Below the pieces are notes generated by a model. The model saw only the letters and a program-made list of their open reading frames with translations. It was not told the DNA's origin and did not search any database. The position numbers and the translations under genes were made by a program. DNA of 64,000 nt from NCBI GenBank assembly GCA_951406725.2, contig OX597830.1:73346001-73410000 (forward strand), given 5' to 3'. Source of the stretch: Octopus vulgaris (lineage: Eukaryota). Positions 12,230 to 25,554 of this stretch are shown piece after piece (within the stretch, counting starts at the first letter, position 1; every line of letters starts with the position of its first letter).

Positions 12230-12650
12230 AGAGAGTGGATTTGCAGAATCGTTAGAGCATCGAAACAGAATGTTTTGCTTTCTTTATTCGATTCGATACG
12301 TTCCAGGTTCAAATATCACTGAAGTGAATATGCATTTTATGCTTTCCTGGTCGATAAAACATAGTGCTACTCAAGTAAAAAGGCCCGTGATATTGACTAC
12401 CATCCTTTCCTCAAGATACCGATCTTGAGCCTAAATCAGAAGTTATAGTTATTAAGGTAACGTACTTAACGTTTTAGGACGTTGAACATAGTGATTAGCA
12501 AAATTTCCTTCAGCCCTTTATGTTATGTGCCCTAATCCCATCGTGGTCAATATTGCCTTTCATCCTTTCTGGGTCGATAAGACATAGTATCATTCAAGTA
12601 TTAGGTCAATGAAATCGACTATCCCTTCATCTCTTCAAACTTAGAATTGA
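12230..12650 (+). mobile_element. Two diverged SINE B copies
   Basis: GCAGAATCGTTAG head, with GTCGATAA cores at about 12350 and 12572. Another fragment lies at 13270-13420. Confidence 0.65.
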
Positions 12651-14088
12651 TTGTTATTAATGTTGTTGTTGTTGTTGTTGTTGTTTGAAAGGTATACAAG
12701 GGTGGAGAGAGAAGAGTTCTCTCCCAGTGAATTTGTCAAACCATGACTGACGAAACGAAAAAGGGTTTTAGTGATTGGACTTGGTCAATACATGTATCTG
12801 AAGCTTGGACCCTAAGCGATCAGCGTTATCCTGGACCTATAGGTTCCTTGACTGACCCCAACCGAAGGTTCTCCTGTATCAAGAGGACAACATCAGAGTT
12901 GTATTCATTATTTTGCATACTATGTATGCTTTTATACCGAATATATTCTTCTAACTTTTCTTGCCCTTATGTCTTTGGAAAGCCCCGCATAAATTCTAAA
13001 CTATTCTTGTAATATCCTCCTCATCTGATGCTACTCTAGCATATAAAAAATCATCATCGTCATCGTCGTCGACATCATCATCATCATCGTCGTCGTCGTC
13101 GTCGTCGTCATCATCATCATCATCATCATCATCACTTTGCCACGTAGTGTGGATGGAATATGTACCAAGAGTATTTAGTCATCTGTCAAGTCACAACTAG
13201 GACCTCAGACAGATAATACTTTCCTTAAAATGTACGCAATTTTAATTGTAATTTATATTGTTTACATGCGGAAAACCCCGTCCATCCTCTAAATTTAAAT
13301 TCTGCCGGGGTTGACATTGCTTATCATTCTTTTGGGGGTGAGGTCGATAAAACAGGTACAAATTGAGCATCTACTCCCTCCCCCAAATTGCTGGCCGTGT
13401 GCGAAAATTTAAAAAGCATTATTATCATTTTGTAACTGGTAATTTGTTTGTTGTGTTTTATTTAATTCTTGGAAAGCAAATTCGATTTAGTTTCTCAGTG
13501 TCTCCACAACACTATTCAAAAATGTTTAACAAACTCATGCTTGGCTGTGTTCTGTGGCATTGTGTTGTCTTTTATTGTGTTCTGTTGTGTTCTGTTGAGT
13601 TGTGGGATTAGAATTGGTTATAAAGAGCGATGGAGATGAGGGGGGCGGGGGTGATCGAAAGCAAACAAAACAGGGATGGAAAAGGATAGTCACGCTTTGT
13701 GAACAACCGAAAAAATCATTGGAACGTAGACAGATCGGAAAGAAATAAAGGGGGGAAATATATATAAAACATAGCAGAAACAATCACATTGGTTGGATGA
13801 AATACGCGCAGCAGACGTAGATATGAACACGCGCGAACACAAGTGTAAAGAAATACAAAAGTACGTACAAATATCCGTTAATATAAGTATATGCGTGTGT
13901 GTGTGGGGGGGTGTCAGTGTGTGCGTATACATCTATTTATGCAAACGCACACATGCATTTATATATATATATATATATGTACTCACGTATTTTGGGGGAT
14001 TCTAAATTCGCGCATGCATGTTCAACGCACTTCCCCAGACATATGCGCATGCATAAGTGCGCAGATAAATAAACACGCACACAGACGT

Positions 14089-14158
<70 letters not shown>

Positions 14159-14313
14159 TCTCTCTCCCCATACGCACACACAAAAGGGAAGTGTTAGAGA
14201 TACTCGGTACAGAAAGTATGTAGATGTGCTGAAATATTTTGAACCTGAACTCCAAAATCTTTATCGAGGTGTAAAGTGTAAGTCTAAGAAATACACTCAA
14301 ACAATGCATACGT

Positions 14314-14377
<64 letters not shown>

Positions 14378-14384
<7 letters not shown>

Positions 14385-14537
14385 TTTTTTTCTCTCCTTG
14401 TTTTTTCTGTGCCCCTTTCTGTAGAAGAGCGTAGGCTCGAAACGTAAAACACTTTTTCTATTCCTGAGCGTTATACTAATACATCTGTTTGTTTTGTACA
14501 CCACCTGTCTTCGTCTTTTGTTTTCTTCGTAAACTCT

Positions 14538-14540
<3 letters not shown>
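14378..14540 (+). mobile_element. Short (TA)n-embedded element with hammerhead-like motif (subfamily 2)
   Basis: About 160 bp of non-microsatellite sequence flanked on both sides by long (TA)n. A homologous copy lies at about 27090-27240(-). Confidence 0.7.
14415..14450 (+). ncRNA. Candidate minimal type-I hammerhead ribozyme (variant core CTGTAGA)
   Basis: CTTT-CTGTAGA-A-GAGC(GTAG)GCTC-GAAA-CG-TA-AAA, with a GUA cleavage triplet. Confidence 0.55.
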
Positions 14541-14618
<78 letters not shown>

Positions 14619-14652
14619 CATACATACATACATACATACATACATACATACA

Positions 14653-14686
<34 letters not shown>

Positions 14687-15570
14687 CATGCATGCATACA
14701 TACAGTTGTAGGGGAGAGCAATTGATGCGTTACACGGCAACTACTCGGAGCTTGATATGCAGAAATGATTAGTTGTCCGGTATAAGTGAAATTTAAGGCC
14801 GCTTCTGTCGTTAAAGCTCCGGTTATGCATGTATGATAGTATACATCTCAGTGACGACTCCGGCAGTCGGGTTGTTCGAGTTTGGCCCGAGTATAAATTT
14901 AGTAAAGTGAACGTGTAATTTCAAGCATATTTCATTCTACCAACACTGACTTCAAGTATGTAGTTGCAGCCAATAACTCGGGCTCCTTTTATTGAGGATG
15001 GTCGCAGTTCATTTATTTTCGTTTAGCGTCTGGCGGTCGTCATGGAAATGCAGTTTCAAAAGATATCATTCGTAGCAGAGGTTCTCTTGACGTCTGAATC
15101 GGGCTCATAAGTAAGTAACACCCCGAGTTGTTATCTGTAATCGTAAAAATCAAAAGTAATTCAAATTCAATGTTTTCTTCTTGAAACAATAAATTTCTGT
15201 AGAGATTAATATTTAAATTCCAATCTATGAAAAGTTTCCATTCTATAAAATTCTTAAAGGAACGAAGAATTATCCAGCAACTCGGGCTTATACGAACGAG
15301 CCAAGTAGGTGAAAAAAACTAACTGCCATCTCTTGTCAAGAGTTCAGGCGACAGTCAGATCGCCGGTGTTTGTTTTGCACTCCGCTGTCGTTCTTTGATT
15401 GCTGTTATTCTGTGTGTCTGTGAGCAGACATCAGTTGTGTTTTGCAGGGTTTCTTTATTTTAACCCTTAACTTATTTTAACCATAACTTAGAAATGGAGA
15501 ATGACATTGTGCTAGATATAAAAACTAAGCCATCTGGGACTAGAAATATAGCAGGAAAATGTGAAAAGGC

Positions 15571-15706
<136 letters not shown>

Positions 15707-16589
15707 GCATCTATATATATATATGTGTGTATTTACATACATACATACATACACACACACATATGTGTGTGTGTGTGTATTAGTGGGTCTGTAGCGTGAG
15801 GGCTATATCTGCACGGAATACTGTGTATGCAAATAAGTAAATACACACAACTTGCTTATGCGAATAAACGAATATACCCCCCCCCCCCCCACAACCATGT
15901 CTGTACCTGCCTTGGATGTACGAATTTAATTTTAAGTGTCAGATTTACCATATCTCTACTTGATGACAATCTATAATAACAAGCTTATTCTTCAACATTC
16001 ACTCCCCCCCTCTCTCTCTCTCTCTGTCTTTCTTTTCATCTCTGTGTGTGTATAACGTAAAATTCTATATCTCTTTTCTTATATCTAAGTTAAATGCTTT
16101 TATGTGAAGCCAACCGGTTGTGAATACGCCTCGCTGACGAGACGTAATATGATGAAAACACGTTCGCAACATCCACCAGTTATTTCTCTCTAACTGATTA
16201 GATCCAATTCTCACTGCAAATAAATCTGCAACGATATATCTTAGAATGAACTAAGAATTTTGAAGTAAAAAATACCTCTTTTGCAGTGTTTAGATGTTAT
16301 ATAACCACAAAGCAAATGTTTGTCTTCAGAATGCAAGGAAAATCAGAGTTACTCGAATGTTGTTTAGTTTACTTGTTTTGTTATGTGGAAACACTGTTAA
16401 GAATGAACAGGGAGTGTGATTGGTCAGGTCAGTCGGCTGCATCATTCTGGAGCTCAGAATAGCAAAGAGGGCGCCCTTTGTACAACTCTATATATATATT
16501 AAGGGCTATTTTCAATTCTGAGACGAACCCCCAACTCTGTTAAACGAAAGCAGTTTTATTGTTCCGCTTTGAAACATCATCCCCCTCGT

Positions 16590-16692
<103 letters not shown>

Positions 16693-16759
16693 CTCTCTCT
16701 GAGTGTGTGTGTATGTGTTTGTGTGCGTGTGCATGTATGTATCTATGCTTGTATATATA

Positions 16760-16978
16760 TATTTCTTTACTGCCCAGAAGGGGCTAAACACAGAGGGGAC
16801 AAACAAGGACAGACTAAGGGATTGAGTCGATTATAAACTGGTACTTTATTTATCGACCCCGAAAGGATGAAAGGCAAAGTTGACCTCGACGGAATTTGAA
16901 CTCAGAACGTAACGACAGACGAAAATACCAATAAGCATTTCTCCCGGCGCGCTAACGTGTCTGCTAGCTCGCCGCCTT
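16760..16978 (-). mobile_element. SINE family B, near full length
   Basis: Reverse complement, ending GCTAGCTCGCCGCCTT. Confidence 0.9.
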
Positions 16979-17002
16979 GTATATATATTTCATTTTCTAT
17001 AT

Positions 17003-17404
17003 AGGCGAGGGAGTGGCTGTGTGGTATGTAGCAGGCTTACTAACCACATGGTACCGGGTTCGGTCCCAGGCTAAACTGTAGCCTCGGGTCGACCAAAGCT
17101 TTGTGAGTAGATTTGGTTGACGAAAACTGAAAGAAGCCCCTCGTATATATAAATATACATATATGTGTGTGTGTATGCGTGTGTGTGTGTGCGTGTGTGT
17201 GTGTATTTGTGTGTCTGTGTTTATCCCCCCACCAGCGCTAGACAACCGTTATTGCTGTTTGCATCCTGGCAACTTAGTGGCTTGGCACAAGAAACGATAG
17301 AGTAAGTACTAGCCTTGCAAAGAATAAGTCCTGGGGTCGATTTGTTCGACTAAAGGCAGTGCTCCAGCATGGCCGCAGTCAAATGACTGTAACAAGTAAA
17401 AGAA
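17003..17404 (+). mobile_element. SINE family A
   Basis: Head and tail as at 8661, with a small deletion after the B box. Confidence 0.9.
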
Positions 17405-17413
17405 TATTCTTTC

Positions 17414-17830
17414 ATATATGTAGGTATGTATGCTTGTGTGTATGTATGTATGTATGTATGTATGTATATATGTAAGCATGTATGTATGTATCCATGCATG
17501 TATGTATGTATGTATGTATGTATGTATGTATCCATGCATGTATGTATGTATATATGTATGTATGTATATATGTATGTATGCATGTACGTATGTATGTATG
17601 TATGCATGCGTGTATGTATGTATGCATGTATGTATGTATGTAAGCATGTATGTATGTATGTATATATGTATGTATGTATATATGTAAGCATGTATGTATG
17701 TATATATGTATGTATGTATGCATGCATGCATGTATGTATGTATGCATGCATGTATGTATGTATGTAAGCATGTATGTATGTATGTATATATATGTAAGCA
17801 TGTATGTATGTATATATGTATGTATGTATG

Positions 17831-17861
<31 letters not shown>

Positions 17862-17982
17862 ATATGTATGTATGTATATATGTAAGCATGTATGTATGTA
17901 TATATGTATGTATGTATGTATATATGTAAGCATGTATGTATGTATGTATGTATGTATGTATATATGTAAGCATGTATGTATG

Positions 17983-18013
<31 letters not shown>

Positions 18014-18165
18014 ATATGTAAGCATGTATGTATGTATGTATATATGTAAGCATGTATGTATGTATGTATGTATATATGTATGTATGTATATATGTAAGCA
18101 TGTATGTATGTATATATGTAAGCATGTATGTATGTATGTGTGTGTGTATGCTTGTATATATATGC
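17414..18165. repeat. (TATG)n array with recurring TAAGCATG variant
   Basis: About 12 TGTAAGCATG interruptions in a (TATG)n background. Confidence 0.95.
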
Positions 18166-18822
18166 ATTCTGAGACGGTGCCTTGAGATGTAATTACCTTT
18201 GGTTATTTTGTTCCGTTTCGTTACCTCCGTCTCTTCTCGACAAAACAAGTACGTCACAAAACAATGCCGTCATTACAAACCGAAGAATACCTCTTAGGAG
18301 TTGATACTCCAGCATGGCCTCATAATAGTCTACACATATATAATGGTAATTTCGTTATCGTGCACACGTCCGATAATGAGATTAAGGAAGTGTATGTTTG
18401 TATGTATGCGTGTGTGTGTCTGTGTGCGTGTTACTGATTTGTGTGTTTATTTTTTTTTTGCTCCTCGCTGTCCGCTTAACGAACAAAACAAAAAATATCT
18501 TCTTTCTATGTCTGTCCATTGTCCTCATGGCTTCCTGGCTGTCAGTCAAGCGATTCTAGTCACGTGGTTAGAAGGGATGCGCAGCTATGATTGGACACAT
18601 TCGTCCGTGAGTCAGGGCAGTGAGGATAAAAATTGTAGACGAATATTACATGTTTGCCTGTGAATATGGGTTACCGAGCATGTGTGCGAGTAGGAGCGCA
18701 CGCGTTGGTGTTGAAACTTCGAAGTCACTATCAGACTTTTCCAATCAAAATGATTGCTTTTTACATGTGTAACTTAATATAAATATAAAATGTAATTCAT
18801 CAATAGCGTAATTATTAAAACA

Positions 18823-19203
18823 GGCGCAGGCCTGGCTATGTGGTAAGAAGCTTGCTTCTCAGCCACTTGGTACAGGGTTCAATACCACTGCGCGGCACCT
18901 TGGGCAGGTGTCTTCTATTATAGCCTCGGGCCGACCAAGGCCTTGTGAGTGGATTTGGTAGACGCAAACTGAAAGAAGCCCGTCGTATATATACACGTGT
19001 GTGTGTGTGTGTTTGTCCCTCCACCATCGCTTGAGAACCGCTGCAGCTGTGTTTACGTCCCAGTAACATAGCGGCTGGTCAAAAGGAACCGATACAATAA
19101 GTAGTAGGATTGCAAAGAATAAGTCCTGCGGTCGATTTGTTCGACTAAAGGCGCTGCTCCAGCATGGCCACAGTCAAATGACTGCAGCAAATAAAAGAAT
19201 AAA
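18823..19203 (+). mobile_element. SINE family A, full length
   Basis: GGCGCAGG..TGGTAAG head through GTCAAATGACTG tail. Confidence 0.9.
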
Positions 19204-19323
19204 AAAATATACAAGTAAATATAAGGCGGCGTGCTGGCAGCAATGTCAGGCCAAGTATCTTTTCTCATACCCTCGGGCCGGCCATCCATGTATGTATGTG
19301 TGTGTATATATATATATATATAT

Positions 19324-19415
19324 AGTTAATCCAAACATGAAAGCACAAAGAGAAAACACAACAACGCGAGGACGTGGAACAAATATAGTATTATTGGACG
19401 CTCAGGAAAGAAGGG
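19324..19415 (-). mobile_element. Truncated copy of the (TA)n-embedded subfamily 1 element
   Basis: TAATCCAAACATGAAA..CAACGCGAGGACGTGGAAC..GTATTATTGGACGCTCAGGAAAGAAGGG matches 9933-10041. It is TA-flanked and lacks the ribozyme part. Confidence 0.8.
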
Positions 19416-19470
<55 letters not shown>

Positions 19471-20049
19471 ATCATTTACTTGTTTCACTCATTTGACTGA
19501 GGCCATACTGTAGCATCGCGTTGAAGAATTTTTAACATTCATTTTCTCGTTTCACTTTTGCCGAATCGGTTATAAAAATAAAGAAAGAAACATATTTGTT
19601 TGTGTGTGTGTGTGACTGTGTGCGTAACTCTGTCTATGTGTGTGTATGTGTGTATGTGTCGCCGGGTGTGGAAAAAATACTTGTTTCTTATACGTCTAGT
19701 TCCCTATTTGAATAGCAAGTATTCCAGCCACAAGATATAACACCAACCGTGGACTTTTTTTGCAAGTTAACACCACAAATATCTACACCACCAGCACCGC
19801 CGCCGCCGTCACCACCACCACCACCACTACCAACGCCTCCCTCCCCATCATCATAATCATCATCATTATAATCAGTTCCGAAAAAAATAAATAAACAAAA
19901 TGGACTAGAATAAAACAATAAAATAATAAATAAAACATCACAGAAACGTAAATAGAGAAGGAATGCTATAAACCATCTCCACTAATGTCACACTGCCAAT
20001 CACGTCTCCGCTCATTATTGATAAAAGGAATATCGTGTAACATAAACAC

Positions 20050-20124
<75 letters not shown>

Positions 20125-20968
20125 GAGAGAGAGACGGCAAGATAGGACGAGGGACAATGACAGGGTGAGTGAGAGAGAGAGAATGGTGTCTTGTCAGAGA
20201 GGAAAAACTGAAAGATTCTATGATTGGGCTTCTGGTCTTGGAGAACGGTTCAAGTTTCTTTGAAATAAAGATAACATTGATTTGGAACAGCTAATATTTG
20301 TATGAATATCTGTGTATGTGTATGTGTGTGTGCATGTATGCGTATAATGTATGTATATACATACATATATATATATGTACGCACAAACACACACGTATAC
20401 ATGTGTGCATATAATATATATGCACACATACACACACACACACACATATATATATATATGTATGGATGATAAACAAGGCGTATTCACCAGTACCCCTACA
20501 GAGTACCCTGTTACACTTGGCAGAGTTAAAGGGTTCTTAACCACGATCATTATGCTCCGAACCCTTGTGTGTGTGTGTGTGTGTGTGCGCGCGCGCGTGT
20601 GTGCATGCACATATATGTGTATGTATTCACATATATTGTATATATATATATGTGTGTGTGTATACACATATGTACCAAATATTCATGGGTCTTTTTTTTT
20701 TATAATGTTGATATACTTTTCCTATATAAAACTCGTGTTAAAGTATTTATATTGCTTAGTATGTTGATGTCGCCATATCTGTCCTATCACTTTTACCTTC
20801 TGTTTTTAGCAGACTACTGTATGTTTTGAGGCAATTTTATACAAAATTTGTTATCCTTGAAAATAATAGTAATTTATATATGTTGAAATGCAATCAAACA
20901 TTACTTTTTAGTATAGTTACTACTTGCATCTCTTACAGAGATTTTAGAAGTAGCTACTTTGCTTATGT

Positions 20969-21012
<44 letters not shown>

Positions 21013-21028
21013 TAAACACACCAAAATA

Positions 21029-21420
21029 TCAATGTATGTTATTATGTTACGTTGTCTGTGTATGGCAGGTTTGGTAGCCTTCAACTAACACTATCTCCTC
21101 CGAGAACCTGCGGCGCAAAATGACCAAAATTGAGAGTATGATAGAAGGCTTGCTCTTCATTCCGTAAAAGAAAAAATTAAAATCGGATCATGTTAACACC
21201 AACAATTATTTACGTCTAAAAGGTGCTTTCTTTTTACTATGAAAATCCCTATTTTTTACGACTTTTTGACTGCTGTGTCGCCATTTTTCGGTGTATTTCA
21301 ACCAGAAAAATGTTCACTTAAAGAAAATAGCAAGCTACATAAAGCAAAATTGTTACTTTTCAAAAATTCCAATTCTAAAGGGTCGAAACAAACCCGAGCA
21401 ACGCCGGACGATACTGCTAG
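21029..21420 (+). mobile_element. Non-autonomous Helitron, 392 bp
   Basis: A|TC start, hairpin CCCGAGCAACGCCGG(A) at 21393-21408 and CTAG|T end. Homologous along its length to 27679-28070. Confidence 0.9.
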
Positions 21421-22115
21421 TATATTAATATCCAATATTACGTGTTTAGAGAGAATAGAGAGAATCTATTTTCGGTCACAAGTTTTAACCTGCAATCTTT
21501 CGTCAGAGAGTGCAATGAATGCCTGTTGGTCGAAATTCTTGTCTCTGACACGCCTCTTTGTGCGCATGCGCACACGTGCGTGCGCATGCGTTTGTTTAAG
21601 CCCCTGCTTGTTTCTTGGAATTTATTTCCAGTTTTCTTCTTTGCCTAACTCAAGCTGGTCACTAAGTAAACGGCAAGGATCTGTTGTGTATGCAAAGTCT
21701 AGACATGTCCATGTGTGCCTTTGCGCTAAATTTTGCGACAGTTTTACATAACTTGATATTTTTCTTAATGACTGTATCAGTTAACTTCTAGTTTAAATGA
21801 ACGTCCAAATGCATATATGTAAGTATCTGTCTAGGTATGTAGGTATTTATTTATACAAACACACACATTACATACAGATACACAAACACACACATACACA
21901 GACATAGTTATATGTGTGTTTGTGCAGTGAGGTAGGGTGTTAATGACTTTTGAGTGTAACCTGTGGTATGAGCTTGCAGAAAAAAAAATTATGTATGAAA
22001 TACAATACAAGAGTACAAGAACACCTTATACAGAAAGTTAATTTCGTTTCGAGAGACATTAAACAAACACCTGAGGGTAATTGTGAGAGAGATCACGCTC
22101 CCCACTCATCCACGC

Positions 22116-22240
<125 letters not shown>

Positions 22241-22372
22241 TACGTATATGTGCGGCGTGTGCAATTGCATTCATGTGTGACTATGTAATGTTATATGCAT
22301 GTGTGTATAATATGTACATATAAGTGTGTGCGTGTGCCTATGTATGTATACACATATATGTATGTACATGTG

Positions 22373-22433
<61 letters not shown>

Positions 22434-23186
22434 ATATACACACAGAAACACACGCACAAACATAATTATATTCATTAACTATATCTAATTACATCTGTGT
22501 AGTCTCTGTAGAAATTTTGGTGAGAAGCGGCTTGGTTAGCTGCTTTGTTTACCGGAAGGTGCAACCTTTAGCTTGCAGAAGAAGCATATAACATTACAGA
22601 AAACATCATACTAAGAGAAACAAAAATAAAATTGAAAAATTACAAATGGCGGACTGTCTGATTGAAGTTAATCTAGCAATTTTTGATTCCCGCCTAAATT
22701 TGATATAGACGATTGATCTGATTGTAAATCAATCAGACAATAATGAAACGGGATACACTTCAAGGATATCGATTATTTTTTTTCCCCCGCAACTTCTCAT
22801 TAATCTTTTTTCGTAGTAAAGCATCTCAATGATTGTGTGATGTCGGGTGTTGCATATAGAATGAAGAACTGTTAATTGTCGCACCCCGAATGATGTATTT
22901 GATTTTAACAGTTTGGAAATAACCTTGAAGGAAGAACAAAAAAAAATATTAATGATGGGTAATATTCTACAGAATGACGTTGTATGGCCGTGGTTGATTC
23001 TGTAGAGAAGTTGACGCTATATGAATATTATAAACATTGTGTATGATCGGCTTACATATATGGACAGATGTATGCTTGGTTCAACAGAATTTTGAAAAAC
23101 CGAAGGAAAGTACTCTGCTATAAGCTAATATAACCTCTAAGACAAGCACAAACACACAAATATCAATATCAATGTTTTTTTTTATA

Positions 23187-23466
23187 GGTGCAGGAGTGGC
23201 TGGGTGGTAAGTAGCTTGCTTATCAACCACATGGTTCCGGGTTCAGTCCTATTGTGTGATACATTGAACAAATGTTTCTACTATTGCCTCGGGCTGACCA
23301 AAACCTTGCAAGTGGATATGGTAGACGGAAACTGAAAGAAGCTCCGCGTATATATATATATACACATATATATATATGTATGTATGTGTGTGCTTGTGTG
23401 AGTTTGTTCCCCCACCATCATTTGAGAACCGATCTTGGTGTGTTTATGTCCCCGTAATATAGCGGT
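23187..23466 (+). mobile_element. SINE family A, 3'-truncated
   Basis: Family A head and body. Confidence 0.85.
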
Positions 23467-23819
23467 TTTTTAGAATCATAGATTGCAACACGGCCGTCTC
23501 TGTCTCTGGTATGCATTTTTTGTTGCTGAGACCGGAGGGGTGATCATTATGAGGTGCATTGCCATTTTCTTCTTCTTCTTTAACGCCTTCTAATCCAGCC
23601 CGTGGCCGAGTATTTCAAATCTTAGCAATTAATCATGTTTCCCTGTCTAGCATTTCTAGACAATTCTATTCAACATACAGCATTATTCACCAGTAAAGAT
23701 GCATCGTATTCACTGTATATTCGCTGTCAAAGCATCAACTTTTGTAACTTTCGTCCAACACACCGCTCTTTCGTTTGCTCGTGACACTACCCCATCCAAA
23801 TTTTAATAGAAGTAGCAGC

Positions 23820-24210
23820 ATGGTAAGTAGCTTACTTACCAGCCACACGGTTCTGGGTTTAGTCCGATAGTATGGCACCGCGGGTAGATATCTTCTAGCC
23901 TTGGGCCAACCAAAGCCTTGTGAGTGGATTTGGATTTGGTAGGTGTTAATTGAAAGAAACCCGTCATATGTGTGTATGCGTGTGGTGGGGTGTACATGTT
24001 TGCATGTCTGTGTTTGTCCCCCACCATCGCTTGACAACATGCTGGTATGTTTGCTTCCCCGTAACTTAGCGGTTCGGCAAAAGAGACCGGTATAATAAAT
24101 ACTAGGCTTACAAAAAACGAGTTTTGGTGTCAATGTGTTCGACTGAAGGCAGTGCTCCAGCATGGCCATAGTCAAATGACTGAGACAAATAAATGAGCAT
24201 AAAAGAGTAA
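23820..24210 (+). mobile_element. SINE family A
   Basis: Family A body and tail. Confidence 0.85.
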
Positions 24211-24289
24211 TGAGTTCCAAGCAAATCTTTATAAGAGTGTTTTATACATTTAGTATTTTATTTTTAGTATTTTTAGTTATGGAAGCGTG

Positions 24290-24590
24290 AAGGAGCGTGG
24301 CTTAGTGGTTAGGGTATTTGGTTCACGATCGAACGGTTGTGAGTTCAATTCCCAGCGATGTGTTGTGTCCTTGAGCAAGACATTTTATTTCATGTTGCCC
24401 CAGTTTGCTCAGCTGGAAAAATGAGTTCTACCTGTAATTCAGAAGGGCCAGCCTTGTAACAGTTTTTGTCATGCTGAATAAGGGTGCTATGTCTGTGGAA
24501 TACTCAGCCACTTCACGTTAATTTCAGGAACAGGCTGTTCCATCGATCGAATCAACTGGAACCCTCCTCGTCGGAATCGACGGAATGTTA
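24290..24590 (+). mobile_element. SINE family C, tail type 2
   Basis: tRNA-like head GCGTGGCTTAGTGGTTAGGG...GAGTTCAATTCCC, CORE-like GTGTCCTTGAGCAAGAC and tail CTCAGCCAC...ATCAACTGGAACCCTC. The tail is shared with 50547-50790(-). Confidence 0.8.
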
Positions 24591-24628
24591 ATTTAAAGTT
24601 TGAAAGGGTTAAGATATTTTAGATACAA

Positions 24629-24998
24629 CTAGCACTATGACCCGGCAACGCTGGGTCATAGTGCGAGTGCATGCATATACATCTGCATGCGCGCGCACAT
24701 ACACGCGAGTACTGTCCAAATCTCCGACCAATCACATACAGCTAGCTGGCATTCAATTGACGAATCAAGTTTCGTGCATTTTGGTTGGGCTTTGGATAGA
24801 AAATCACGAAAAAGTCCCTTCAATTGATTTTTAATGGCTATGCGGGATGACTGGGGAAATGTAAAGATGTGCACGACCACTCTTGGACGGTTTTGAATGA
24901 CCATAGAAAGTGCGAGCCCTCTAACTGAAATATTGTGGATTTGTATAAAGGATTCCCACACACACAGACAAACATTTTGCCGTTTAGATATAGAGAGA
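24629..24998 (-). mobile_element. Non-autonomous Helitron with long terminal hairpin
   Basis: On the minus strand, a CTAG|T end at 24629 and an A|TCTCTCTATA start at 24998. Hairpin ACTAGCACTATGACCCGG-CAACG-CTGGGTCATAGTGCGAGT. Confidence 0.85.
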
Positions 24999-25098
24999 TA
25001 ATTTTACTTTTGGATCTTGAGCTGAATTTCAATGCAAATATTTGTTTTAATGAGTATTTCCCCAACAGAGTGCCAGTATGGAAGCACACCTCAACTTG

Positions 25099-25551
25099 CA
25101 GTAATCACTCGCTGTATTACGGTTCACCTATTGCGCCGTCAGTACATCGCGGATTTTTCTGACTAATAAATCGACTGCGGCCGATAGGTATTTATATTTT
25201 TTTAGATTTTAATTATTTCCGTGGTAAAATAAGCATTTACACGCCAAAAAATTAATAAGTTCATAAATAAAAATACAGTACTGCATAACTCATTAATTAA
25301 AATATATATTAAAAGACAATACGAAGTGTGCCGTAGATGAGTAAACAAAGAATCGCGCTTATTGTATGGAAAACGAAACTCGGGAGGTGAGTGTGTGGTG
25401 TTGTTTTGCATTTATAATAAAAGAAATATATACAGATTATAAAAATAATTTTTTTAATTTAAAGTACAGTACTGTTTCTAACTCGCGGATTTTCACCTAT
25501 CGCGGGGATGAGGTTGGAACGTAACATCTGCGTTAGTCGAAGGATATACAG
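25099..25551. mobile_element. Tigger/pogo-like MITE
   Basis: Decayed TIRs CAGTAATCACTCG... and ...TAGTCGAAGGATATACAG|TA, with internal ATCGCGG repeats. Same family as 62657-62871. Confidence 0.75.
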
Positions 25552-25554
25552 TAG

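Noticed and set aside
16134-16170. CTGACGA...GAAA, hammerhead-core-like
   Set aside because: No convincing stem II or stem I pairing.
19688-19918. Gly/Asp-rich 76-aa ORF
   Set aside because: Derived from (ACC)/(ATC) low-complexity repeats.
21239-21751. 170-aa ORF similar to ORF 27669-27860
   Set aside because: The similarity reflects the shared non-coding Helitron; the ORF runs through the element end.
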